From the NCBI GenBank assembly GCA_965231215.1, contig OZ246423.1, positions 1,262,060 to 1,326,059 of the forward strand: a stretch of 64,000 nucleotides of DNA. The letters are read 5' to 3'. Shown here piece after piece: positions 51,512 through 62,500 of this stretch. This stretch comes from Candidatus Altimarinota bacterium (GTDB taxonomy: Bacteria; Patescibacteriota; Gracilibacteria; UBA4473). How positions within the stretch are numbered: the first letter of the stretch is position 1; each line of letters starts with the position of its first letter. The notes beneath the pieces are model-generated. The model searched no databases, was not told where the DNA came from, and saw only the letters and a list, made by a program, of their open reading frames with translations. The translations under genes and the position numbers were made by a program.

Positions 51512-54091
51512 ATGATCCAACAATTTATTGACGCACTACTCGGAAATTATAACGCTAAGCAAATCAAAAAATGCGAACCTACCATAAAGCGTATTAATGC
51601 CTTAGATGAGGAATATAAAGCCCTTTCTGACACGGAGTTAAAACAAAAATTTGAAGAGTGGAAACAGCTACTCACTGAAGATCCAAAAAAAGTAGACCCC
51701 CTCTTGCCAGAAGTTTTTGCTGGCTCTCGTAATGCCTCGAGAAGACTTTTAGGACATAAATATGATGTCCGTGGTAAAGAAATGGAGTGGGATATGGTGC
51801 ATTATGATGTCCAACTCATTGGAGGAATGATTCTTCATCAAGGGAAAATTTCTGAAATGAAAACTGGTGAGGGAAAAACTCTCGTTTGTACTTTGCCCGT
51901 AATCTTAAACGCTCTAACAGGAAAAGGCGTTCACATTATTACCGTAAATGATTATCTGGCTCAACGTGATGCTGAATGGATGGCTCCACTCTATGAATTT
52001 TGTGGACTTTCTACAGGAGTAGTCATTAATGAGAAAGACAAACAAGCTCGCCAAGAAGCTTATAATGCCGATATTACTTATGGAACCAATAATGAATTTG
52101 GATTTGATTATCTACGAGATAATATGGCTCAAAGTGCCGATGAAATTGTACAAAGAGAGCTTCATTTTGCCATTGTAGATGAGGTAGATTCAATTCTTAT
52201 TGATGAAGCTCGGACACCCTTGATTATTTCAGCTCCAGCCGAAGAATCCACCGATAAATATGAGCGATACGCCAAGCTTATTACACACCTTAATCAAGGA
52301 GAAGATTATACCATCGATCTCAAACAAAAATCAGCTCATATCACAGAAGATGGAGCCAAAAAATTGGAAGGCCTTTTGGGTGTTTCTAATATGTTTGCCG
52401 AAGGCGGATTTGAAGAAGTCCACCATATGGAAAACGCCCTGAAAGCTAATGTAGTAATGATTAAAGATCAAGACTACGTAGTAAATAATGATGCGGTAAT
52501 TATCGTGGATGAATTTACTGGACGGCTCATGCCAGGAAGACGTTTTGCCGATGGACTTCACCAAGCCCTAGAAGCTAAAGAAAGCGTAACTATTCAAAGA
52601 GAATCAAAAACCCTAGCTACTATCACCTTCCAAAACTACTTCCGATTATACGAAAAACTGGCTGGAATGACCGGTACGGCTGAGACTGAAGCCGAAGAGT
52701 TTGCCAAAATCTATAAACTCGACACTATCGTCATTCCTACCAATAAACAAATCCAAAGAGCCGACCTTCCAGACAAAATCTTCAAAAACGAATCCGGTAA
52801 ATTTAATGCTATTATCCAAACGGTTCGTGAACTAAATGAAAAGGGACAACCAGTTCTTATTGGTACCGTAAACATTGATAAATCAGAAGAACTTTCATAC
52901 GCCCTTCAATCACAAGGAATAAAACATGAAGTTCTAAATGCCAAACAACATGAACGTGAAGCTGAAATTGTTGCCAATGCAGGACAAAAAGGAGCCGTAA
53001 CTATTGCCACCAATATGGCCGGACGAGGAACCGATATTAAGCTGGGGCAAGAAGTAAAAGCCTTAGGCGGGCTCGCTATCATCGGAACCGAAAGGCATGA
53101 ATCTAGACGTATTGATAACCAACTTAGAGGACGTGCTGGGCGACAAGGAGATCCAGGATTTACCCAGTTTTATGTCGCTATGTCCGATCCCCTTATGCGA
53201 CGATTTGGAGGGGAACGCCTAGAAGCGCTTATGGAAAGAATGGGACTACCAGAAGAAGAAGCCATACAAAATAATATGATCTCTAAATCCGTAGAAAATG
53301 CCCAGAAAAAAATTGAAGGATTCCACTTTGATGCCCGTAAACACGTAGTGCAATACGATGATGTGATGAATATTCATCGTGAAAAAATCTATACTCAAAG
53401 ACGAAAACTACTGGGCTCTGAAGCTATTCTTGAAGATACAGAAGAAATGCTAAAAGCACTGGTAGCCCAAATCATAGAAATGCAGGCACCAACGCTAGAA
53501 GTAGATAAAAATTGGGACATAGAAGAGATTGCCAGACTTATAAACACCATAGCCCAAAACGAGCATGATTCAGTAACTATCGAAGAGCTTGAGGCGTTCC
53601 AACATAGAAGTGAAATGATTGAATCTATGCAGAACTACCTCTTAGACGCCTGGGACAAAAAACAATCAGAATTTCCACCAGAATTAGTAGACGAAGTATC
53701 TAAACAAGTAATTCTACGATCTATTGACCAACTCTGGCTGGAACACATTGATGAAATGACTCACCTTCGAGACCGAGTAGCCTTAGCTGGATACGCCCAA
53801 AAAGATCCTATTATGGAATATAAGGCCGAGAGTTTCAGAATGTTCTCACGGTTACTACAAAATGTGAGAATGACTTCTATTGCCAACCTTTTTCGAGTGA
53901 AATTCCGAGAAAAACCAAAACTAGAAGCTACAGACTACAGTAATGTGCAAACCAATGCTGACCAAATCAACGCAACGTTAGAAAATACGGGTGAATACGG
54001 GAATGACAAATCTCTCAGACATTCGAAACTTGGTAATGAGCCATCAATGAGTCGTCAGCAAAGAAGAGCCATGAAGCGAAAAAAGAAATAA
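51512..54091 (+). CDS. secA: Protein translocase subunit SecA
   Basis: EMKTGEGKTL, TVNDYLA.RD, FDYLRDNM, IVDEVDSILIDEARTPLIIS, IATNMAGRGTDI, QLRGRAGRQGDPG. Confidence 0.98.
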   Translation: MIQQFIDALLGNYNAKQIKKCEPTIKRINALDEEYKALSDTELKQKFEEWKQLLTEDPKKVDPLLPEVFAGSRNASRRLLGHKYDVRGKEMEWDMVHYDVQLIGGMILHQGKISEMKTGEGKTLVCTLPVILNALTGKGVHIITVNDYLAQRDAEWMAPLYEFCGLSTGVVINEKDKQARQEAYNADITYGTNNEFGFDYLRDNMAQSADEIVQRELHFAIVDEVDSILIDEARTPLIISAPAEESTDKYERYAKLITHLNQGEDYTIDLKQKSAHITEDGAKKLEGLLGVSNMFAEGGFEEVHHMENALKANVVMIKDQDYVVNNDAVIIVDEFTGRLMPGRRFADGLHQALEAKESVTIQRESKTLATITFQNYFRLYEKLAGMTGTAETEAEEFAKIYKLDTIVIPTNKQIQRADLPDKIFKNESGKFNAIIQTVRELNEKGQPVLIGTVNIDKSEELSYALQSQGIKHEVLNAKQHEREAEIVANAGQKGAVTIATNMAGRGTDIKLGQEVKALGGLAIIGTERHESRRIDNQLRGRAGRQGDPGFTQFYVAMSDPLMRRFGGERLEALMERMGLPEEEAIQNNMISKSVENAQKKIEGFHFDARKHVVQYDDVMNIHREKIYTQRRKLLGSEAILEDTEEMLKALVAQIIEMQAPTLEVDKNWDIEEIARLINTIAQNEHDSVTIEELEAFQHRSEMIESMQNYLLDAWDKKQSEFPPELVDEVSKQVILRSIDQLWLEHIDEMTHLRDRVALAGYAQKDPIMEYKAESFRMFSRLLQNVRMTSIANLFRVKFREKPKLEATDYSNVQTNADQINATLENTGEYGNDKSLRHSKLGNEPSMSRQQRRAMKRKKK

Positions 54092-54162
54092 AATCACAAC
54101 AACATCATTGGTAATTTTTTCAACCTCTCCCCTCTTTTCTTCTCTACTTTCAATACTATATA

Positions 54163-54927
54163 ATGAAGATAATCATGAAGGTACAAATCAGTATTATCAT
54201 CCTCAGTTTAATTTTAAGCGCCTCTGCTGCAGAGGCGAGCTTAGGATACACTGGATTAGGAAAAAGCAAAATTGAATGCCCAGATGAGCTCGTCAAACTC
54301 ACGAAGGCTGATATTGATGGGGTTACTAACTTTTTTTACAAAAATAAAGAAAAAATATTTAAATCCCATAATGACACTCTGGATTATGGGAAAGATAAAA
54401 AACCAGACAGCAAAGGCGGAAGAGAATCTGTCACAGCTGATGCCAGTCACCAAAACACCGCCAAAGGAACGGCGCCACAGATATATAAAGACCTAAGAGC
54501 CTATTCAACCTGTATGCAAGAAATTCCTCAAAGACTACGGGCAGATATTGCTGAAGCCATAGAACAAGGGGCTCATGTGTCACGAACCGTAGCCAATTTA
54601 CAAATTTATCTCGCCTATAAAACAGTCATAAGACTCATGATGGCTCAGCTAGCCACGAGTTCCAATATCGTCAATGATCATCGGTCGAGAACCAAAAGAG
54701 CCCAACAAATGGCGCAAGCTGATCACCTCAGAACCAACCGCCGAAATATTGCTTTTCGTGAGCATGGAGATTTTAATACCCAGGCTAGAGCCGCAGCAGA
54801 CAACCATAAAACCAATATTAAAAATCCTGCCGAAAGGACTATAAATGCTCAAAATCCAGTACCTCAAAACTGGTTTATACGCCTAGCACAAAATATCAAA
54901 AGAATGATCCCAAATATCTTTGGATAA
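54163..54927 (+). CDS. Secreted helical hypothetical protein
   Basis: Signal peptide ending AEA, two Cys, long helical region, amphipathic C-terminal helix. Confidence 0.7.
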   Translation: MKIIMKVQISIIILSLILSASAAEASLGYTGLGKSKIECPDELVKLTKADIDGVTNFFYKNKEKIFKSHNDTLDYGKDKKPDSKGGRESVTADASHQNTAKGTAPQIYKDLRAYSTCMQEIPQRLRADIAEAIEQGAHVSRTVANLQIYLAYKTVIRLMMAQLATSSNIVNDHRSRTKRAQQMAQADHLRTNRRNIAFREHGDFNTQARAAADNHKTNIKNPAERTINAQNPVPQNWFIRLAQNIKRMIPNIFG

Positions 54928-54928
54928 T

Positions 54929-56869
54929 CTAAGATTCTAAGGCTTCCTCTCTATTTTCTTGATCAAAGATATCAATGGCTTGTTCTAAAAATTCTTCTAT
55001 TTGGTAAATGGTAAGCAATTCTTGGATAGCCGTACCTTCTGTTACGGGTTTAAATCGAGCCAGGCCCGCAAAACAGAAGCTTTCAGGCTTAAACACGGCA
55101 CTTCCGGTCATAGCACCGTCCATATCCGGAAGACTGAAATTTTTCTTATCAAATACATCCGCAGAGATTATGTCTCCTGCCTCTGTCTGGAAAAGTTTTC
55201 GGTCTAAATCATCTTCCCCAATGAGACCATCCTCATATTCCGTTCTACTTGGAGCTGGATATCCCAGTCCAAAAATCTTAGTCCCCAGAGAGAAGTCTCT
55301 ATCACATTTTTCGTTAGTTTGAGCTTCATAATCTAAAATAGTTTCAAATTTCCGGTCTTCTGCTTTTACACCAAGGAATTGATTGTTTTCAATATGGATG
55401 CTTTCTGGAACCGCAAATACCATCTTGTATTCATCACTAATGGCTGGCATTGAGGTAAGTCTAGCCTGGTAGACCTGATATTTTCTATTTTTACTAACAT
55501 CAGGTTCACCGATACTTACCAAACACCCTTTCTCATGAAAATCGAAATCCATAAGATCTGAAGTCGTCAGTACAATCCCTTTTGGAGAAAGTACTAACCC
55601 TGTAGCCCACATGCCTTTAGTGCCGGCAAGAATAAAGTTTTCTTCTGGCGCTGGGCAATAGATTTTAGCGACATATTTTTCTGTCACTTTGCTTTTTTTG
55701 GCTACCACTGGTTTAGGTGGTGGTGGAGGGCCTCCCCCTCCAAACGGTGGGGGAAGAGGTGGTGGAGCATTCCCGGTTTTCTTCCAACACGGAATACCCG
55801 CTCTATTTTTTTGGCACAGACGAGAGGTCTGTCTGATAATTTCTTGTAGTACATCACTGGTCTTTTTTAAAGTAGCCACTTGGGCATCGTGACGTTCATT
55901 GAGTGAAGCTTCTCCTTGCCCTGCAATATGACCTAATCGACGGACTTGTGAATTAATCTTGGCTTGATGCTTCTGGCTAAATTTTTTGAGCCACGCTTCT
56001 CCTTTTTGAGCCGCTAGTATCTTACTTGCAACTCTATCTGAACCTTTAAATTTGGTAGAGTCTTTTCCCCAAAAATCCACATTCCTATTGGGTTTAATAG
56101 CCGCTAAGGCTGTCTGATCTTCAAGGAGCGAAAACGCAAACTGCTGACCCCATTTAAAAGGCATAAAAGCACTTTTAATAGCCCCAATTTCGCTCTTTCT
56201 TTGGCTTCTAGGCACTTCTCCTTTGGCCTGGTTAGCTGGTTTTTTATTTCTTTCTGCCTCTTCTTCAAAATCTCTATCTGGTTTGAGCGCCTGAGCAAAT
56301 GAGGGAGTTCTGGGTTGTTCAAGCTTTGCACTCGGTTCAGAAACATTCTTAGCAGCAATTTGTTCAGTCACACTAGCTACGTCAATTAAACTATACTCAG
56401 CTCGAGCATCTCGATCTCGCCCCCTGGCTTGGACACCATGTGTGTAATATTCGTTAATAGCTTGTTCTCCAACTGAAGCTGGACCTTCATGATCTAGAGG
56501 ATTATTTGAAATAAAATTAATTAAATTTTTATTCTCTTGTAAAAAAGACTGATGAAACAAATTAGCCAACTGACGGGCATTATCACAGGCTGCTTGATTG
56601 CCTTCATCACAGGCCGCAAAGTCATTTGCCGTGTCTCCTTTAATTCGTGTGAATTCTTGTGTATAGGCTTTGTCTGCATTCTCTTCAATTAACTTTTCGG
56701 CCAGATGAGTCCGTGGATCAGCTTTAAAAAGCTTCGCTGATGGAGAATTCTCAATATCACCTACTGCAATCCCTCGAGCATTTCTATACAGATCTGGTCC
56801 TTTATACGTTTTTCCCTCGACCTGAAAAGGTGTCCAGAGTAAAAGCAAAAGTGAAACAATAATTCCCAT
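54929..56869 (-). CDS. Secreted protein with Pro-rich linker and C-terminal inactive trypsin-like domain
   Basis: Signal peptide; PPPLPPPFGGGGPPPPP; VAKIYC, TGLVLSPKGIVLTTSD, LGYP, GAMTGSAVF. Confidence 0.7.
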   Translation of the reverse strand: MGIIVSLLLLLWTPFQVEGKTYKGPDLYRNARGIAVGDIENSPSAKLFKADPRTHLAEKLIEENADKAYTQEFTRIKGDTANDFAACDEGNQAACDNARQLANLFHQSFLQENKNLINFISNNPLDHEGPASVGEQAINEYYTHGVQARGRDRDARAEYSLIDVASVTEQIAAKNVSEPSAKLEQPRTPSFAQALKPDRDFEEEAERNKKPANQAKGEVPRSQRKSEIGAIKSAFMPFKWGQQFAFSLLEDQTALAAIKPNRNVDFWGKDSTKFKGSDRVASKILAAQKGEAWLKKFSQKHQAKINSQVRRLGHIAGQGEASLNERHDAQVATLKKTSDVLQEIIRQTSRLCQKNRAGIPCWKKTGNAPPPLPPPFGGGGPPPPPKPVVAKKSKVTEKYVAKIYCPAPEENFILAGTKGMWATGLVLSPKGIVLTTSDLMDFDFHEKGCLVSIGEPDVSKNRKYQVYQARLTSMPAISDEYKMVFAVPESIHIENNQFLGVKAEDRKFETILDYEAQTNEKCDRDFSLGTKIFGLGYPAPSRTEYEDGLIGEDDLDRKLFQTEAGDIISADVFDKKNFSLPDMDGAMTGSAVFKPESFCFAGLARFKPVTEGTAIQELLTIYQIEEFLEQAIDIFDQENREEALES

Positions 56870-56873
56870 TAGG

Positions 56874-57872
56874 TTATCTCATGGTAAAGTTAAGAAATTC
56901 ATACCAATGGTCATTTTGAGCCGTAACGGTTGGCGCATCGGCCATTTCTTTAGTCTTTGCCATCTCATATTCATACATCTTGAGGATAGCATCATCGTCT
57001 CTAAGTGTTAGCTCTGCCATTTGTTGTTTCGCATGATACTCTTCGGCTTCTTCATTATCTTTAGCCAGATCAAACATACTTTTATCATTGGCACTTGGAG
57101 AAAATTTGTTATTAAATCGTAATTCACTAATGCTACTCTCCAATTCTTCTAAAAGAGAAATTTTTCTAGTAGAAGCTTGATCGGTTAAAGCAAATGCCGT
57201 TTCTAGAGGAATATACCCTTCAGAAAAAATAGCTAAAAGCTGCTGGATACGAGCAATCTCTTTTTTCTGTTCTTCTGGGGAAGGCAAGGGGAAGGTAAAA
57301 TAAGCATATCCATTATCATAGACTCCAGCCGTCTGAGAGCCTTTAGCCACAATACTGACATCAGCTGATTGTACCACTTTATCAATGTATCCACGAGGGC
57401 CTTTTACAAAACGCTGGAGTCTTTCATCGGCTTTGGTTTTATCGGCTACTGGATATTCATTCCTGCTATCGGCTACTGGGTATTGTTGATCTTTATGATT
57501 GTCAGTTTCAACTCCAGAATGAGCTTGTCCTCCCTGTGGGCCTAACATTGGGTTTGCATTTACATGAGTTGTGTTTCTCTCCTTTCCATCTTGAGAGCCA
57601 ACCATTTCGCAGTAGCAGGTTTTCTGCATACATCGTTGATGATAAGTGGGTTTAGATTTCTCAGATGCGGTTAAAAAACTATTTCCAGCTCCATTTCTCA
57701 ATGGACAAGAGCACCCATCTGCAAAAGTGGGTTTACAGGCATCTTGTATTCTAGCTCCAGATTCATATCCTCGAGCCCCCAGAGAAGCTTCTAGGGTTGC
57801 TGGGCTGTATAAAGCCTCAACACTAAATGTCATGCACATAAACGGAACCAATAATAGAGTATATTTACGCAT
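56874..57872 (-). CDS. Secreted Cys-containing hypothetical protein (332 aa)
   Basis: Start MRKYTLLL at 57872 overlaps the upstream stop and gives a signal peptide ending VEA; six Cys in the mature N-terminal part; short YPVAD duplication. Confidence 0.72.
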   Translation of the reverse strand: MRKYTLLLVPFMCMTFSVEALYSPATLEASLGARGYESGARIQDACKPTFADGCSCPLRNGAGNSFLTASEKSKPTYHQRCMQKTCYCEMVGSQDGKERNTTHVNANPMLGPQGGQAHSGVETDNHKDQQYPVADSRNEYPVADKTKADERLQRFVKGPRGYIDKVVQSADVSIVAKGSQTAGVYDNGYAYFTFPLPSPEEQKKEIARIQQLLAIFSEGYIPLETAFALTDQASTRKISLLEELESSISELRFNNKFSPSANDKSMFDLAKDNEEAEEYHAKQQMAELTLRDDDAILKMYEYEMAKTKEMADAPTVTAQNDHWYEFLNFTMR

Positions 57873-58563
57873 CAACAGTGGTGTTAGGATCTCCAATAAT
57901 ATCTTTTTTACACTGAGGGTCTTTACACAGACTTTGATCCCCTGGGCTTGGATTATTGGTTTTAGCTTCTTCAAAGACACTATCTGGGCGATGTTTTTTG
58001 CAATGTTCCTTCCCAAAATGAATCAGGCATTCTTGGTACTGCATAGAGATTAAATCAAATTTGGTGTCTTTAGGTTTCGCAATATCTTTATTATCATCAT
58101 CTGGACGATCATTACTGTTCCTATCGCCTTGTTCGGCTTTGTAAGTATCTTTTATTTCTTGGATTCGAGCGGTTTCATTAAAAGCCTGAATATTTTCAGC
58201 TTCTTCTTTGAGCGTTTGTAAGACCCGTGAAACAATAAAGCCGTCCTTTTCTTGTATTTTACTAGGGTCTCCTTTATCAACAAGATCTTGTATTTCTGTT
58301 TTAAGCAAATTCCTATCAAAGGGGTTATTGGCAAAGGTTTCGTTTTGGTCATCCAAAACTCTCCCTTCTCCATAAGCGGCACTGGGCTTGGCTCTATCTA
58401 CTCCTTTTGAAACCTTGTTAGGACCAGGCGTTTGATCTTTTGGGATTCCAAGCTTAGTATCCTCCCCCAAATGCACTGGAGGTAGAGCGGCCATAGCATC
58501 ATAGTCCGGAGCCGTAATGCTCAGGATATTAAAAAATGAAAGCCATCCTATAAGTAATTCCAT
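57865..58563 (-). CDS. Secreted hypothetical protein with four C-terminal Cys
   Basis: Hydrophobic N-terminus; within operon (3-nt gap upstream, 8-nt overlap downstream). Confidence 0.7.
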   Translation of the reverse strand: MELLIGWLSFFNILSITAPDYDAMAALPPVHLGEDTKLGIPKDQTPGPNKVSKGVDRAKPSAAYGEGRVLDDQNETFANNPFDRNLLKTEIQDLVDKGDPSKIQEKDGFIVSRVLQTLKEEAENIQAFNETARIQEIKDTYKAEQGDRNSNDRPDDDNKDIAKPKDTKFDLISMQYQECLIHFGKEHCKKHRPDSVFEEAKTNNPSPGDQSLCKDPQCKKDIIGDPNTTVDA

Positions 58564-58566
58564 ATT

Positions 58567-59547
58567 TTATCCACTACCGGTTTTAATACCGGAAACGTCA
58601 GTAGTAATCCTATCCCCCATTTTTTGTAGGAACGCACTACGAGCTTCTGTCAGCTGAACATTCTGTTCACGTTGTTTATTAGCCGCAGTATTCCGTGCCA
58701 TCTGCCGACCTTTATCAGCTAAGTCTTTTTTCACTTGATGGTCTTGCTCAATCGTAGCATCAACGTTGTCAGTCAGTTGTTGGTTGATCGCCGCTAACTT
58801 TTGGCGATGTCTTTGAATGGCGGTAGAAATTTGAAGCTGGCTATAGGCTTTAGCATTAGGGTCTGAACGAACCGAAGCATAGGCCGCATCTACAAAATAA
58901 TCTAAAAAGGCAAATTGAGTTCCTTTAAACGCTGTTTCTGAACAAGCATGACTTCCCTCTCCACCATTAGCGCAATAAGAAGCTAACGCACAAGAACGAC
59001 AGTTCTGTACAAACTCATTATGAATCTGTGCTTTGGCATTTAAATTTGTCGCCGCATTAGCAAAATTCATAGAATTATTCTTATCTCCCATCGTTGTTTT
59101 ATGACCATCCGGATGACCTGAGGCAGCTACAAACCCCGCTTTTTTCTGATCTTTTTGAGCTTTGGCTAAATCATAATCACAGTTCGGTTTTTCTATAGGT
59201 TTATATTTATCACTCGAACCTAATTTCTTGTTATCTCCATCTACTTTTTTACCTACTGTTTTTTTATCATATTCAGCCAAGCCTGTTGTTTGCATACACT
59301 GTATTTTTTCTTGTTGGTCTTTTACGATATCTTCAATTTTTTCATCAAACCCATAAGGCTTTTTATCTTTGGTGATTCCTTCCGTGGCTAGCTTATAACG
59401 CTCTTGGGTAGTTTGGTCAGTTTCTTTCTGGTTATTAGCCTGAGCTACTATAAAAAGCACTTCTAGGCCTAAGAAAAACGGCACAGCTACCACTGGAATC
59501 ATCACCAGAAGTAGTAAGTGTCGAAAAATTTTAGAAATTTTTATCAT
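58567..59547 (-). CDS. Secreted/anchored Cys-containing helical hypothetical protein
   Basis: Long hydrophobic N-terminus, six Cys, C-terminal coiled-coil-like region; ATGA overlap with the upstream gene. Confidence 0.7.
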   Translation of the reverse strand: MIKISKIFRHLLLLVMIPVVAVPFFLGLEVLFIVAQANNQKETDQTTQERYKLATEGITKDKKPYGFDEKIEDIVKDQQEKIQCMQTTGLAEYDKKTVGKKVDGDNKKLGSSDKYKPIEKPNCDYDLAKAQKDQKKAGFVAASGHPDGHKTTMGDKNNSMNFANAATNLNAKAQIHNEFVQNCRSCALASYCANGGEGSHACSETAFKGTQFAFLDYFVDAAYASVRSDPNAKAYSQLQISTAIQRHRQKLAAINQQLTDNVDATIEQDHQVKKDLADKGRQMARNTAANKQREQNVQLTEARSAFLQKMGDRITTDVSGIKTGSG

Positions 59548-62500
59548 TGGTTCTCGAGTATTCTACTAGGAATAAATAAATTTCTGAAGTAAGTTGGCAC
59601 CCCCTCTTTGAGAGCCATCAGTATAGCGTATAGCTGAGTATAATTTGTCTCTGGTAAAAGGATATCAAAATCATCATTAATTTCTTGCTGTACATGGAAT
59701 CGGTAATCAATAGGGCCTTGCAGGGCTACTTTTTCTCCGTTAAAGAGATCCATAATCACTTTGTCTGAAGCACTTTTTAGGCTTATAATGCTTTGATCAA
59801 ATACAGGGATTCCGACACTTACATTTTGAGCTGATAAAAATTCTCCAGGATCATCCTCATACATTTTTGGGTTGCCTTCAAAGACGCATATTTCTACGTC
59901 TTCAAGCCGAACCTCTTTCCCCGCTGGAAGAACCTGAATTACGGTTTCGGCTTCTACATTTGGTCCAGAGTAGTAGAAAATAAACATTTCGGTATCTTGA
60001 TCCCCAGAAAGAATAGTCGCATCATTAATATACGTATTCTCAGCCACTTCATTCAGACACGCATCATACGGGAATTTTTGTATATTAGTGTAGAGTGGTG
60101 ATTTTATTTGAGGTGTTCCGGACACGCTTTTTACCAATGCATTGGGAGTGCGAATAACATTAAGATCACTTGGAGCGCGTAGAAGGAGTGCTTCTACTCT
60201 TTGGTATTGCGCCACTTTTTGAGTCTTTGGCACCATAATCTCAAACTGAGTATCTGGTCGTTCTGTTAGATACCATTCATAATACTCTGGTGGATCGGTA
60301 TCCTGATGATTAAAGGTAATTCTTGGGCTTTCCCCAAACATAAAGCTCTCGTAATAACTCACAGGAGAAAAAGATTTTTTAAGCGTTTCTTCTAGTGTTT
60401 TGGTTTTTAGAGTAAATCTAAGCTCATCACCAACTGGGTCTGTTTTTCTTTTTACATAAATTTGATCATTCATAGCCCAAAGGACTTCATTGATTCCGTC
60501 ATCATCCAAGTCATCAATAGCTAAAGGAATATCAGGAGTTGCAATGGGCATTCGGAATAAAAACTCTGGCCGATCGTCTTTGTGCTGAGAATAATACAGT
60601 CCAGACTTAATCATATAGCCAGCATCATCTTCATTTTGGGCGTTTACCAGTTGCATCTCTGTAGGTTGCTGGCTTACGCCAGTGGTATTGATAATAGTGG
60701 TGAGGTTGCCAAGATTTTTGAGTAACTCACCCCCTTGATTTGGACTGCTGATGTAACCCGAACCTTCTAAATCGGTCAGGAGATTTCCGAGTTTCGCTAA
60801 ACTAGCTACATTCTCTAAACTTCCGAGGCTTCTGACCTGATCCGCTATTTCAGCTAGCTTGGTTTCATCTACAATATTTCCAAGCGATTTAAGTAGCTCT
60901 TGTTGAGCGGCAGTCTTCAAATCCCCAAGTTGTGGTAGGTTTCGGATCAAAGCGGCCGCTTGTTTAAGGTTCGCGATATGTCCAAGACTTTGTAGGTTTT
61001 GGAGCATACCTCCAATTTCACCAATTTTAGCTATATCTCCTAGTTTCCCAAGGCCCTTAATTTTATCGGCTACTTGCGTGAGCTTTTTGAGGTCTTTAAG
61101 GTTTCCCAGTTTTTCTAAAGCACTGGTAATCTCCGCTAACTTATTAAGTTGCTCTAAACCAGCAAGTTGTTTTAGGCTCGGTAGATCTTTCACTAAGTCT
61201 CCAGCTTTACCAAAACTATGAATACTACGCTTAAAGTCTGGGGCTGAAGGTAGTTTGAGATTCCCCAGTCCGCCACTTCCACTGGAAGCTAAATATCGTT
61301 TGTCTTGCTCTAGAATTTGTTGAACCGTACTATGAGCAAAAAAGTTTTCAGGATTAGACTTATAGATATTGGCCAACATTCGAGTTTCTTGAGCTCGAGA
61401 TTTTTTGTAGTTTTCAAGTTGAGCTATATAGGCATCAAAAGTCTCTTTTACTTCTTTTCTATACGCAAGGTTATAGTCTGGTTCTGGAACTCGAATATTG
61501 GCTAAAACCGCCCTTAGTTCTTTCTGCTCTGGAGAGTACGCTGGCATATGAGCCGCTAATCTTTTTAGATCTTTTACCATCCTATAAGGAGTTGAAGTTG
61601 CCGGCTGGGAAGCTGTAATTCTTTCAATCCAGCTTCGATCTTCTCGAAGCGATTCTGGAATAAATCCGCCATCGGCTACGGTTATAGGCAGTGAAGCTGA
61701 GGCGTTCTGATTAAAGAATTTAAGGTGTTGCTGAGCCTGATCCCTTAATTTTTTAAGGACGCCTTCAAAGAGGGTTTTTCTTTTTCCATCTCCATCTTTG
61801 TTTTTAGATTTCCCAAAGGTAGAAAGTAGGTTTTTTGGAGCTTGAGCGTGGAATCCTTTTAGCTGTCCATTCCCAAAGTCTCGCTTTCTATCAAGGGATC
61901 TTCTGTCGGTAATTTTTTCACCTTGAGCTTTACCCCATCCTTCAGGAACTGATGTCGCATTAAGGGCAATATTACATTCCAAATTCATCCACTTTAGTGG
62001 TTTTTGAATCATCCCCATCAGGTCACCAACAATATTATTTTGTTGTGTAGCTGGGGGGCTCAAGTTTGGCTGATCAAATGGAATATTTGGCATTGGCATC
62101 TGCATCAGCTGTGGTATTGGCAGTTTTAGTAGTTTCTTTACTTTTGGAATTTTTAGAGGGAGTTCTTGTACTGGTTCAGGTAAGGACTCAATATCTAGTT
62201 CTGCCAAAGTTTTAAGACTGGCCTCTTTTGGAAGTTTTGTAAACATATCCCCCAGTAATGGATTTTGTGTGGCCTTAGTGACAATATTGCCTTCAACATC
62301 AAGTGTCGGGAAAAATTTAAAAGTATCCCCATTTTCCCACTCTCTCAAACTCAACCACCCTTGGGCTGCATCAATGTTAGCTTTAAGGTCAGTGGCTAAC
62401 CCTTGAGGAATTTTAATTTTAGTCTGAGCTTCTACGATATCTTCAGAATAATTTGGAACTGATGGTGGAGCATCCATAGTATTAATCTGCCCCATGTCTA

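Noticed and set aside
57440-57485. 27-bp-offset duplication (YPVAD twice)
   Set aside because: Two copies only; a minor in-frame duplication in a linker.
56874-58016. Apparent 150-nt overlap of the 380-aa and 232-aa ORFs
   Set aside because: The true start is probably ATG 57872, which gives a signal peptide and reduces the overlap to 8 nt.
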